Of a DNA stretch of 64,000 nt, positions 1 through 11,689 are shown piece by piece. The first letter of the stretch is position 1, and each line of letters starts with the position of its first letter. The notes beneath the pieces were generated by a model, which searched no databases, had not been told where the DNA came from, and saw only the letters and a program-made list of their open reading frames with translations. Made by a program: the position numbers and the translations under genes. Source of the stretch: Leucoraja erinacea (lineage: Eukaryota); contig NC_073398.1 of the NCBI RefSeq assembly GCF_028641065.1, forward strand, positions 28,396,001 to 28,460,000. Direction: 5' to 3'.

Positions 1-389
1 TACATGTCCTGATTTATTCTAGCCCAGCTAATATTTGTGCCTGAAAGTTGTAATGAAATATATACAAATGGAGATACTACTCTTCAAGACTAGAATGGAA
101 ACAATGTGTGCAATTATCTCCCTCAACTACATTGTTCTATGGTAACCCCACCCTCCTCCAATGTTGCCCTGTGGAGCTGCGATGAATCACAGAGCTGCAT
201 TGTAATAACCACAAGGGCAGAGATTTAATTCTATGCATTCATTCTAGTTGTTGCTCTTATGAACACACTTGCATTGATCACTATAAAAAGACTTGGGGGC
301 GGTTTGCTTTATCTGCAAATACACCTGTTGGGGGTTTGACCTTTCTGTAAATCTTGCCCCACCCCATTTCCAACGCAGCAGTGTCAATG

Positions 390-480
390 GACAGGTATTC
401 ATAAATCTAGAGGAACAGCATCTCCTATCTCACCTGGGTGGTCTACAACCTAATGGTATGAACATCAAATTCATGTAACC
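390..480 (+). mobile_element. Degenerate Penelope-like element, 3' end of GIY-YIG ORF
   Basis: LEEQHLLSHLGGLQPNGMNI resembles the copy at 18924 (EEQHLIFRLGSLHPGGMNIEF); followed by a pyrimidine-rich tract and an inverted terminal-repeat pair at 912-1140. Confidence 0.6.
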
Positions 481-1795
481 CCTCTGTCTATTTGTTGTCT
501 CATGATACACCTAGATTATCTGTATGTCACTGTATGTCATGTTGTTACTTGTGGGTGGAGCACCTAGGCTAATTCCTTGTATGTGAATACTTGGCCAATA
601 AACTTACTAACTTACTTACTTGTCTCATATGCCCCTTCTTTTCAAACCCAACCCCTCTTTCAGTTTCTGTAATCACCCTACCCCATCCCAAATGATTCCA
701 TCTGTGTATCACTTGCACATTACACCCACTTGATTTCCCAATTCCCTCCACTGTTCCCCTTTTGCCCACTATCCCACCCTAATGTGGTTCCACTCACCAT
801 TATCCTTTCTTATCAGATTCTATAATCTACCCATGTACCCATGTACCCATTATCACCTCCTCAGCTTCAGGTTCATCTCAGCATTCCTCATCTGGGCCCA
901 CCTATTACTTAAGGACACAAAGTGCTGGGGCAACTCAGCGGGTCAGGCATCATCTTTGGAGAACACGGATCACTGACGTTTCAGTTCGGGACCCCACTAC
1001 AGACTGATCATTAGTTTGAAGAAGAATCCTGATATGAAACATAATCTATTACGTTCTCCAGAGATGCTGCCTGGCCTGCTGAGTTACTACAGCATTTTGT
1101 GTTCTTTTGTGTAAATCGGCATCTACAGTTCCTTGTTTCCTCTTTTACTGTACCACTCTACTGCTTTTTTTTAAATTGCTGCTTTTTTCCCTTTTTCCTT
1201 CCGCCCACAATATCTAAAAGAATATGTGATTCTGTTCCATTCTGTTTGTAGTTTGTTTGTTTGTTTGTCTTTTTGCACAAAGTCCGCGAGCATTGCCACT
1301 TTCCATTTCACTGCACATCTCGTATGTGTATGTGACGAATAAACTTGACTTGACTTGACTTTATGCTCTAAATCCTCGACCGCAAACATCGACTGTCTGT
1401 CTGCCGCCACCGATGCTGCTTAACCCGCTGAGTTCCTCCACTAGTTCGTTTTTGCTCCAGATTCCTGCGTTTGCTGTCTCTTGTATATCCAAATATCCAA
1501 ACATTGATTATTATCAACAAGGTTGAATTGATTTTGTGTATTAGAAAGTGCTCAAGCAGAAACAAAGGATCTCTTAAACTATGTAATTACCTGAAGTCAT
1601 TTTAAGCCCCATTTGCACTATCGTTCAAAAATCATTGCCCAGACACATGTGTTAGACCAAGGTTAGACTCTGCTCTCCCAGCAGTGCCACAATTGTTTAT
1701 TTTGCAGCTACCTTTGCAGGCAGCAGTTTGTGAGGATTGTGTTCTGTCCCCAGGCACTCGGGTCTCTAATTGTTTTCAACGTCTTGTGTTTCCAG

Positions 1796-1882
1796 GGTAA
1801 GCTCCAACAAACTGACTGTAAAGTCAGCAAAGAGTTTGAATGCCGTCCTTGAAGACCCAAAGTGCAGGATTGAGACATTATC
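1796..1882 (+). CDS. Internal exon of RI-like LRR (probable NLR-family) gene
   Basis: ttccag acceptor and gtgag donor; 87 nt, phase 2-2; VSSNKLTVKSAKSLNAVLEDPKCRIETL is one RI-type LRR unit. Confidence 0.8.
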
Positions 1883-1977
1883 GTGAGATTTTTCATCACA
1901 TAAATCCTCTTGTAAAATTCTCCAAGTTTCTATAGAGCTTCTAATCGCTGACATTTGCCATTTGGTTCCGTTTTCAG

Positions 1978-2145
1978 GTGTGGTACAAACTCTTTTGGTT
2001 CGGCGGGGGCTCAGATTCTGTGGAAAGCTCTGGCACGAAACAGAAGTCTCAAAATCCTTCGCCTGTATGACAATGGGATCACAGTTGAAGGCACAGAGAA
2101 CATGACTCAGTACCTGACATGCAACAAAACTCTCCAGAAACTCTT
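1978..2145 (+). CDS. Internal exon of RI-like LRR (probable NLR-family) gene
   Basis: tttcag/gtaag; 168 nt (2x84), phase 2-2; CGTNSFGSAGAQILWKALARNRSLKILRLYDNGITVEG...NKTLQKL is two LRRs typical of NLRC3/NOD-type exons. Confidence 0.85.
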
Positions 2146-3156
2146 GTAAGTAGCTGGTAGATGTGAGAACATAAGCAGTATATTTGGTAAATGCTCACAT
2201 TGGTTTGTGTGCAATTATTTTGGCGTTGGTGAGTTTGAGATGTGTTATGTAAATGTGAACATGTAGAAACAAGGTGCGGCAGATGATAGTTTACCCGGGA
2301 AAGACACAAAAAGCTGGAGTTATGCAGCGGGTCGGGCAGCATTCCTGGTGAACATGGAAAGGTGACGTTTTGGGACAAGACCATTTGCTTAGACTGATTA
2401 GTCTGAAGAAGTGCCCCGACCCACAGGTTTGATGAATCTGATTGATCAGTTTGATCTGATTGATCAATTCAGACTGATTAAACTGAAGAACGGTCCCAAC
2501 TAGTAACATTATATATCCATGTTCTCCAGGGATGCTGACTGACCAGCTGAGTTACTCCAACATTTTGTGTCTTTCCTTGTATAAATGTGGCTTTTTTTTC
2601 CTTTCCCAGTCTCCATGGGACCCCCTACCACACAAGGAACACTGCTGTTCCAGGCATGACCGTATGTTTTTGTTTCAGTGTGGAGGAGCGGCAGGAAAGG
2701 AGCAATGATTGAGAGAGCATTCTAACTCAAGACTGTGGCTGAATCACCATTAGCAATTGCACTAAGATTAGCTGGCAAAGATTACGCCTTTCGGAAGGAA
2801 CTGGGCACATTCTTAATTGAGTAATAAATAAAAGAAACGAGTTGTGGGTTTGGAAATAGTTTAGATCAGTAAAAGGAAATTAGGATATAAGGGAACTTGT
2901 GTTCAAATTTTCAAATAGAAATAATAATATTTGAAGAAGAAACATTTGCATGGATAAGAGAAAGAGTAGAAATAGTGAGCAAGTACAAAGCTCCCTATAT
3001 GTCTGCACAGTCATGATGCTGAATGGCCACTTCCTCATTGTAGAATTTGATGATTATTAAGATACCGTGAATGAGATGGTTGGAATTTAATTTTCTAATT
3101 CCTGATTTAAATACGATTGAAGCATTCACTAATTTTCATTGCCTTGTTGCTTTCAG

Positions 3157-3541
3157 TTTATGTGTAAACAAACTTGATGACCTTGAACAGAAAAACATTC
3201 AACAAATCGAAAAGCTGTGTCACGGGCTAAAGATCATCACTAAAATCAGAGACGATGAAGAGCTCTTACTCCGAGTTGAAAGTCAGGTTCAAATGCTTCC
3301 CTCCCTTGAGCAGAGTTACAGCACAGAGTGGATGTGCAAACTATTGAAATCCATTCTGAAAGACTTGGGAGATGAGAGTACCATACCTGATGTAGACACC
3401 CGGGTAAGGATACGAAAGATAAAAGCAAATATTAACAAATATCTTCAGAAGAACAAAGACACCGTGATTGATGTTCCAGACACGGAGAATGTGTTGCAGC
3501 TCCATACCCCTGCACCACTTCTTCTGAAACAACTTCCTTAA
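3157..3541 (+). CDS. Terminal coding exon of LRR/NLR-like gene (last LRR plus about 100-aa tail)
   Basis: tttcag acceptor at 3156; phase matches previous exon; LCVNKLDD continues the LRR; open to TAA at 3539-3541. Confidence 0.75.
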
Positions 3542-3557
3542 TCGTTTCTTTTCTACG

Positions 3558-5430
3558 TCACGGTGGTGCAGCAGTAGAATTGTTGCCTTACAGCGAATGT
3601 ATCGCCAGAGACTCGGGTTTGAACCCGACTACGGGTTACATAGACATAGAAACATAGAAATTAGATGCAGGAGTAGGCCATTCAGCCCTTCGAGCCTGCA
3701 CCGCCATTCAATATGATCATGGCTGATCATCCAACTCAGTATCCCTTACCTGCCTTCTCTCCATACCCTCTGATCCCCTTAGCCACAAGGGCCACATCTA
3801 ACTCCCTCTTAAATATAGCCAATGAACTGGCCTCGACTACCCTCTGTGGCAGAGAGTTCCAGAGATTCACCGCTCTCTGTGTGAAAAAAGTTCTTCGCAT
3901 CTCGGTTTTAAAGGATTTCCCCCTTATTCTTAAGCTGTGACCCCTTGTCCTGGACTTCCCCAACATTGGGAACAATCTTCCTGCATCTAGCCTGTCCAAC
4001 CCCTTAAGAATTTTGTAAGTTTCTATAAGATCCCCTCTCAATCTTCTAAATTCTAGAGAGTATAAACCAAGTCTATCCAGTCTTTCTTCCTAAGACAGTC
4101 CTGACATCCCAGGAATCAGTCTGGTGAACCTTCTCTGCACTCCCTCTATGGCAATAATGTCCTTCCTCAGATTTGGAGACCAAAACTGTACGCAATACTC
4201 CAGGTGTGGTCTCACCAAGACCCTGTACAACTGCAGTAGAACCTCCCTGCTCCTATACTCAAATCCTTTTGCTATGAAAGCTAACATGCCATTCACTTTC
4301 TTCACTGCCTGCTGCACCTGCATGCCTAGTTTCAATGACTGGTGTACCATGACACCCAAGTCTCGCTGCATCTCCCCTTTTCCTAATTGGCCACCATTTA
4401 GATGAAAGATTATTACTAATGCATCCACTATTTCTGGAGCTACTTCCTTAAGTACTCTGGGATGCAGCCTATCTGGCCCTGGGGATTTATCGGCCTTTAA
4501 TCCATTCAATTTACCCAACACTGTTTCCCGAATAACCTGGATTTCCGGCAGATTATTTATGTCTTCCTTAGTGAAGACGGAACCAAAGTAGTTATTCAAT
4601 TGGTCTGCCATATCCTTGTTCCCCATGATCAACTCACCTGTTTTGACTGCAAGGGACCTACATTTGTTTTAACTAATCTCTTTCTTTTCACATATCTATA
4701 AAAACTTTTGCAGTCAGTTCCCTGCCAGTTTTCTTTCATAATCTATTTTTCCTTTCCTAATTAATCCCTTTGTCCTCCTCTGCTGGTCTCTGAATTTCTC
4801 CCAGTCCTCTGGTATGCTGCTTTTTCTGGCTAATTTGTACGCATCATCCTTCGCTTTGATACTATCCCTGATTTCCCTTGTTATCCACGGATGCACTACC
4901 TTACCTGATTTATTCTTTTGCCAAACTGGGATGAACATTTTTTGTAGTTCATCCATGCAGTCTTTAAATGTCTTCCATTGCATATCCACCTTCAACCCTT
5001 TTAGAATTAATTGCCAGTCAATCTTGGCCAATTCATGTCTCATACCATCAAAGTGACCTTTCTTTAAGTTCAGAACCATTGTTTCTGAATTAACAATGTC
5101 ACTCTCCATCCTAATGAAGAACTCAACCATATTATGGTCACTCTTGCCTAAGGGGGCACGTACAACAAGACTGCTAACTAACCCTTCCTCATTACTCAAT
5201 ACCCAGTCTAAAATAGCCTGCTCTCTCGTTGGTTCCTCTACAGGTTGATTAGATAACTATCCCGCATACATTCCAAGAAATCCTGTCTATCCTGAGGGTT
5301 CTGTCTATATGGAGTTTGTACGTTCTCCCCGTGACCTGCATGGGGTTTCGTCGAGATCTTTGGTTTCCTCCGACGGTCCGAAGATGTACAGGTTTCTAGG
5401 TTAATTGGTTTGGTAAATGTTTTTTAAAAA
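3558..5430 (+). mobile_element. tRNA-derived SINE split by a CR1 insertion (head 3558-3637, body about 5298-5430)
   Basis: A/B-box-like head ggtggtgcagcagtag...gggtttgaaccc; body ctgtctatatggagtttgtacgttctcccc resumes after the LINE. Confidence 0.75.
3638..5283 (-). mobile_element. CR1 LINE, 5'-truncated with the RT core deleted
   Basis: Minus ORFs 4714-5199 (PLGKSDHNMVEF), 4090-4632 (KSPGPDRLHPRVLKE joined directly to ...RPHLEYCVQFWSP), 3736-4041 (RGDLIETYKI...FFTQRAVNLWNSLP); short-repeat tail at 3638-3660. Confidence 0.92.
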
Positions 5431-8412
5431 ATCAAAGCTCTTCGAAGGAACGCTCTTCGAAGGAAAAATTAAAATACTGGCAGAATTATTTCTGCTAGTA
5501 TTTTTCAAATAAAGAGGTCCATAAAGTGGGCAAATAACATAATATAAGATATTGGGTTGTCAGCACGCAATATCCAACATTTTCATATATTTTATATTTC
5601 ATATATCCAACATCCATGTATTTTTTTTACGGTGGTTGTATTTTTTCAATGCGTGTTTTCTTAATTTCCCAACTATTTGGGAGTTAATTATGCAGGGCCA
5701 AGCCCATCAGTGTCCAGTGACAGTAATTCCACGTAATGTTGCCTATCTCAGAGAGCCTTTGCAGTGGCATCAGTGTGGCCTTCAGCACTTCTTCCAGTAG
5801 AAACAAGCTTCCAAACATGTCTTCACATTCACTTAGTCTACCTTAGAGCACTTCCCGGGTGAGAAAGTTTCCATTGCAACCAGGAGGTAAATGTTGACAG
5901 TCTACAAATAATACGAAGCCGCATTTTGCGTACGGTTTTAGAGAACAAGACAAGTGCAAATATGCATTAAGTGTAGTGGAGCAGAAAATGCCACAGGTGT
6001 TGCTGTCAACAACTGTTAGGGGAAAAACAAGTGCAAAAAGGTTGAAGTTAAAGTCAACAAATGTTCCAAGGTAGACCAAGTGAATGTGAAGAATGTTTCT
6101 CTGTCCAATATGTGTGACATTACATAAAACTAACTGCTGTAATTAATGATTGCGTTCAATCTATCTTTGTAATCAAATTGACAAGATCTGACTATGCACT
6201 ATATGAAGGCATATTATTATGGCTGTAGATGGAGGCAAAGTAACAGGATACAGTGCTGATAGACACAAAATGCTGGCGTAACTCAGTGGGTCAGACAGCA
6301 TCTCTGGAGAAAAGGAATAGGTGACACTATATGAGAGTCAGGAAGAGGAAACGAGGGATATAAATGATGTATATGCATATCTTTCATTCATTAATTCTAT
6401 ATCTGTCTACATCACCGTCTATATCACCCATTTCCCTTTCCCCTGACTCTCAGTCTGAAGAAGAGTCTCGGCTCGAAACGTCACCTACTCCTTTTCTCCA
6501 TAGATGCTGTCTGACCCGCCGAGTTACTCCAGATTTTTGTGTCAACCTTTAGTTTAAACCAGCATCTACAGTTCTTTCCTACACAGGACACAGTGCAGAT
6601 AATGATGAAGCAAGCCTTCAAATGATGGGAATGTATCTGTTAGAAATACAAAATACAAACATATACAACATCAAATACCAGAGCTTTCCACTGTAGCAGC
6701 AGTTAATGGAATGGGGGACAACAGTTGAGCTAAAATCATGGATAAGATGCATATGCCATGCACTGGTGAATAATTGGCTGGTCATTGCACTCTGTTTGCT
6801 ATGACTAGTAGTGATTGAGAAACAACACCTTGAGTAGAAAAGCAGCAAAAGTTAATGTGTAAGATTTTAGTTCAGCAAGAATGAGAGGCATTGAGAACAT
6901 GAATTGTCAGGACAGTTGTCATTTGAAGTTCAAAGCCGGTAGCCGGACCTGTTGCATTAAATGTGTTTAACTTCTGGCAAACCTAAACGACAATATTAAC
7001 CAAGACTTCATTTCCTAGCTTCTACACGCTCAAACTGATTGTATATAAATCCACAAATTACAACAGTAATGTAGATCATAATCGAAATTTAATGGCATTT
7101 AGATAATATAATTATATTGTATTTTAATCAAAATCTAAATCAAATTAGCAGTAGCTGGAGGGAGGATCAATTCATGGGGTGCATAAGAGACAGTTTTCTG
7201 AATCATTATGTGGAGAAAGCAACAATGAATAGACTATTTTAGATTTGGGATACTGCAATGGAAAGGGTTACATGATCTAAGTGACTATTGGGGAAAAGAG
7301 ATCATAATAAGATAGAATTTTGTTCAGAGTTGAAAGTGGTTTAGTTCAATCTGAAGATAGCATCCAAACAGGGATATAGAAATCACAAGCATTAGGGATG
7401 AGGTGGCCTGATAGGTTGGGGAACAACATTAATAAGTGTAACAGTAAAAAAGCAATAAAATAAGCAATAAAAAATTACCACATAGTTTACTTGTGATATT
7501 TATATATCTCTTTGTGGAATAAAATACAGCAATTATTACCATCATGTGAACGATAACAATATGTCAAAGGAAAGGGTTTATGTTACTAAATAAAGCAGTT
7601 GGCTTGAGGTTTGGGAACGTTATTAGGCACGTGGACATGTGGGGAATGGAGGGATATGGATCACATACAGACAGAGGAGAATAGTTTAATTTGGAATCAT
7701 GATCATGAACAAAGGGCCTGTTCCTGTGTTTTACATTCTGTCTACGTTCTAAAACCACAAGTCATGAAATAAATCAAGTCAAGACTTGACTTGACTTGAT
7801 GAAATAAATGCTTTATGTACTTCAAAGTACAGCAAGGTAAGACCAAGGTATTGACAATGAAAATGAGGGGAGACTGTAAGAATAGCTGAGAGATAAATAT
7901 CCTGTAAGAGTTTCTAAAGGTACGTAAAGAGGAAAATATTAGTTGAAATTAAGGTGAAAACACTTTGCAGGTGTTAAAGAAAACTTTAAAACACAGCACC
8001 AAGATCAGGCAAGGCGATCGAGACTTTATTAAAAGCATCAAATACAGTGATCAGTGGGAGCACTAGGAGTTGCTCCCTGAAAACAGATTCGTCTACTCCT
8101 TATATACAGAATTTTACTTTGTTATGTCGTTTACTATAGCAGGCACGTGTGCATTTTTCCTTCTGCTGCATGATCTTATAACAATTATAAATCATGCACC
8201 TCTGTAAAATACATATCAGTTTTGCTGAGCCCAATTCCACCCCACTGAAGATTAGCCAATGTTCTGTTACCCTTTCAACCTCTTTTAATTGTTTTTGAGA
8301 TTGCCATTTGTTCTTTGACAACAGAACAGAATCTGACTAAAGTGGACAGCATTAAGTGCCAGGTACACAGGCTCAGTTTCAACCTTCTTTAAAGTACAAA
8401 ATTATTATGACA

Positions 8413-8742
8413 CGTGGTGGCGCGGTGGTGTAGCGGTAAAGTTGCTGCCTTACAGCAAATGCAGCGCTGGAGACCCGGGTTCGATCCCAACTATGGGTGC
8501 TGTACTGTACGGAGATTGTACATTCTCCCCGTGACTTGCGTGGGTTTACTCGGAGATCATCGGTTTCCTCCCACACTCCAAAGACGTACAGATTTGTAGG
8601 TTAATTGGCAGTAAATGTTAAAAAAAAAATTGTCCCCAGTGTGTGTAGGATAGTGTTAATGTGAGGGGATTACTGGTCAGCACAGACCCGGTGGGCCAAA
8701 GGGCCTGTTTCCGTGTTGTATCTCTAAAGTAAACTAAACTAA
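8413..8742 (+). mobile_element. tRNA-derived SINE (HE1/V-SINE-like); other copies at about 15135-15365, 29035-29310(-), 31920-32232, 34295-34575, 34590-35010, 36545-36852, 46260-46480, 53340-53815, 57895-58195, 59480-59770(-)
   Basis: ggtggtgtagcggt...gggttcgatccc A/B boxes, shared body gttctccccgtgac...ggttaattggc, (taaac)n tail; repeated throughout the window. Confidence 0.85.
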
Positions 8743-8919
8743 TGAAGAGGACTTTGAGCATTTTTAGGCACTCTACCTGTCCTCATCCCCTGCTGTCTTC
8801 TTGAAATATTTGCAATTTATTTTTGACACAGATCAGATATCATCTATGGAAAGTGAAACAGAGTATACATTATAGATAGGAGATCCCTCAGCAAGACGTT
8901 TGATGAGGTTTTGCACGGT

Positions 8920-9628
8920 GGATGGCTCTGGAAGGCTTGGTCACGTGGGATCCAGAGAGAGCTAGCCAACTGATTACAGAATTGGTTTGATACAGAATAA
9001 GGGTGGTATGCCTCACGATCAGTGCTGGGCCCGTTGCTGTTTGTGGTTTACATCAATAATTTGGATGAGGATGTACAAAGCATAATTAGCAAGTTTGCAG
9101 ATGACACTAAAGTGGGAGGTATTGTAAATAGTGAAGATAGTTATCAAAAATTACCTCAAGTGAACTGAGGAATGGCTAATGGACTCTAATTACAGGTAAG
9201 TGTGAGATGTTTCATTTTGGGAAGTCAAACCAGGGCAGGACCTTCACAATAAATGGTAGGGTCCTGGGGTGTATGGTGGGCACAGGAATCGAGGAGTACA
9301 GGTACATAGTTCTCTGAAAATGGTGTCATGGGTAGATCTGGTGGTCAAGAAAGCTTTCAGTATATCGGCCATCATCAGTCAGGGTATTGAGTATAAAGGT
9401 TGGGATATTATGTTACACTAGGACAAGACATTGGTGGGGCCACATTTGGACCATTGTGTTCAGTTTTAGTCTCCCTGCTATAGGAAAGATGCTGTTAAGC
9501 TTGAAAGACTGCAGAGAAGATTTATGAGGATGTTACCAGGACTTAAAGGCATGAGCAACAGGGAGAGGTTGGGTGAACTAGGGTTTTATTCCTTGGAGCA
9601 CAGGAGGTTGAATTGTGATCTTCTAGAG
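8920..9628 (+). mobile_element. Degenerate CR1 LINE RT/3' fragment
   Basis: aagtttgcagatgacactaaa (KFADDTK), ccacatttggaccattgtgttcagttt (PHLxxCVQF) with frameshifts. Confidence 0.85.
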
Positions 9629-10060
9629 CAGTGGTTCCCAACGTGGGGCGTATGCCCAACAGGGGGGCAATTTGATTTTTAAGGGGGGCAATTGAGGAGG
9701 TCTGGGTCCAAATTTTTGATTTTTTATTTTTTGGATTTTCCATCAGGTAAATATATGTAGTTTATGTTTCAGATGTTATTTTGAGTAAATATTTTTTTGG
9801 GGTAAAAAAGGTCTTTATTGTGTAGTTATTACATAATCACCGCGCCATCGCTCTTCATGCACGTCGCACGAAGCGCGCGAGGTCATGGGAGAACCTTATT
9901 TATTGAATTGGATTTAGAAATGCGATTCAAAGAGCTTTTGCTAAGTTACCCTTATAATATCTATTTCCTCTGTTTTCTCTCAAGGGAAAGCAAGGGGGGG
10001 GCATCAGGATTTTAGAGGTGATTAGGTGGGGCATGGCCAAAAAAAGGTTGGGAACCACTG
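9629..10060. mobile_element. Non-autonomous hAT (Charlie-like) MITE
   Basis: TIRs cagtggttcccaac / gttgggaaccactg; perfect 8-bp TSD ttctagag at 9621-9628 and 10061-10068. Confidence 0.9.
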
Positions 10061-10392
10061 TTCTAGAGGCATCCAGAGAACCGGTCTCCACCGCCCTCTG
10101 AGGCAGAGAATTCCACAGACAGGGAGAGTCAAACGACTGCAAATGCTGGAATCTGGAGCAAAAAGTACTGGAGTAAGTCAGCGAGCCAGGCAGCATCTGT
10201 GGAGACAACGGACAAGGCGACGTTTCGGTTTGGGGTCCTTCTTTCGGACGTTATGTTGATCACAGAAGGTGAATTAAAGTGAGCGCGTCCGTGGTCAGTT
10301 GGGCTGTCACTGATCTTGAACCTGTTGCTTAGAATGCACCAAAGATAGACACAAAATGGTGGAATAACTCAGCGGGACAGGCAGCATCTCTG

Positions 10393-11257
10393 TAGGTATG
10401 TTACAAAACCTACCTGAATCGTCATTGGGAATCTGCCCTCAGCCATGTCGGCGATTTTGGCGCTGTTTGGAGGGGGCGGGTTTTAAACGCGATTTTTACT
10501 AGGCTGTACTAATCGCACATGTTCAGCCTAGTAAATCATTAACGAAAAATCGCTGCAAGACCCGGTCGCAAAAGGTATTATTAGTTTTATAGGCCTCGAT
10601 AATATAGTTATAATAGTTTTTTAAAATTACTCTCTGATTTCGCAACCTCTCGCAGCCCCAGGGTTTTATAAAGCAAACAATTAAAGGTATGTACCTTATT
10701 TTTACATTAAATGGGGCATATATATAACCCTGAATATCAAGTTATCTATAACGAATAGTTCATTTTGGGCTTTTTATATCCCGCAGTATTTTTCTCGGCA
10801 TTTGAGGGCACTAATCCAGCGCGCTGTCAACGTTCTAAACCAGCGCGTTCCACATGAACCCACTAGAAAGCCGATTTAAATGGGCATTTATTTACAGCAA
10901 TTGAACACTAAATTCCTTCCATTTGGCCTATAAATTAATGTAAATTAGATATAAAAATCATGTTATATTGTGAATTATTTGTGAATAATCTTTGGACACT
11001 TAGGCTATTTAAAAATGTTAATCTTTCCTTAAGAAATGGGCGTTTGACTATCCAAGATCACAGCTTTTTTGTAATGTCCATTGAAAATCAATAGGGAACA
11101 AGATGCTAATTTCCGAGTATGAAAATGGTCATAACTTTTTTAATACTTGAGATATGAAAGTGAATTTGGTGTCAAATTAAACTTATTGTTATGCTTTATC
11201 TGATGGGATAAATTGCAGACTTGATTTTTTTAATCTCAAAATTTTGTAACATTGCTA
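10393..11257. mobile_element. Non-autonomous DNA transposon with 7-bp TSD (possibly hATw-type)
   Basis: Imperfect TIRs taggtatgttacaaaa / ttttgtaacattgcta; TSD atctctg at 10386-10392 and 11258-11264; interrupts a Penelope-type repeat that rejoins across it. Confidence 0.8.
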
Positions 11258-11459
11258 ATCTCTGGAGAGAAGGAATGGGTGACGTTTGATCGAGACCATT
11301 CTTTAGGCTGAAGACGATGCTGCTGCCCCGCTGAGTGAATCCAGGGTCTGTCTTCGGTTTAAACCAGCATCTGCAGTTCCACGCTTAGAATGCACCAACG
11401 TGTTGGACGTGGAGAGCCTCTCTTGCTCTAATATTTTTGGTGTCCATTGCTGTCCCGTC

Positions 11460-11689
11460 AGCTGATCGCGGGGAGGTTGGTGAGATGACACCGCCTCTGG
11501 TGAGTCACCAGGGAGCGGCCACAGCCCGTCCTATAGACGAGGCGCAGCGTGAGCCGGGCGGAGCTTCCCCTAACGCGGACAAGGCCAATGCAAAGATCCT
11601 ATAGCGGAGTCTTTGGACAAGGCCAAAGCAAAGATCCCAAAGATCCTATAGCGAGCTCCCAGGAAGCGCGGAGTGAAAGCTTACACTCG
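11460..11689 (+). promoter_or_regulatory. Candidate CpG-rich promoter and non-coding first exon of the legumain-prodomain gene
   Basis: Local CpG/GC enrichment, AP-1-like tgagtca about 11501, GC box gggcggagc about 11556, donor cg|gtgagt at 11690. Confidence 0.5.

Noticed and set aside
8413-8495. tRNA gene
   Set aside because: A/B boxes belong to a SINE head continuing into the shared SINE body; no complete cloverleaf
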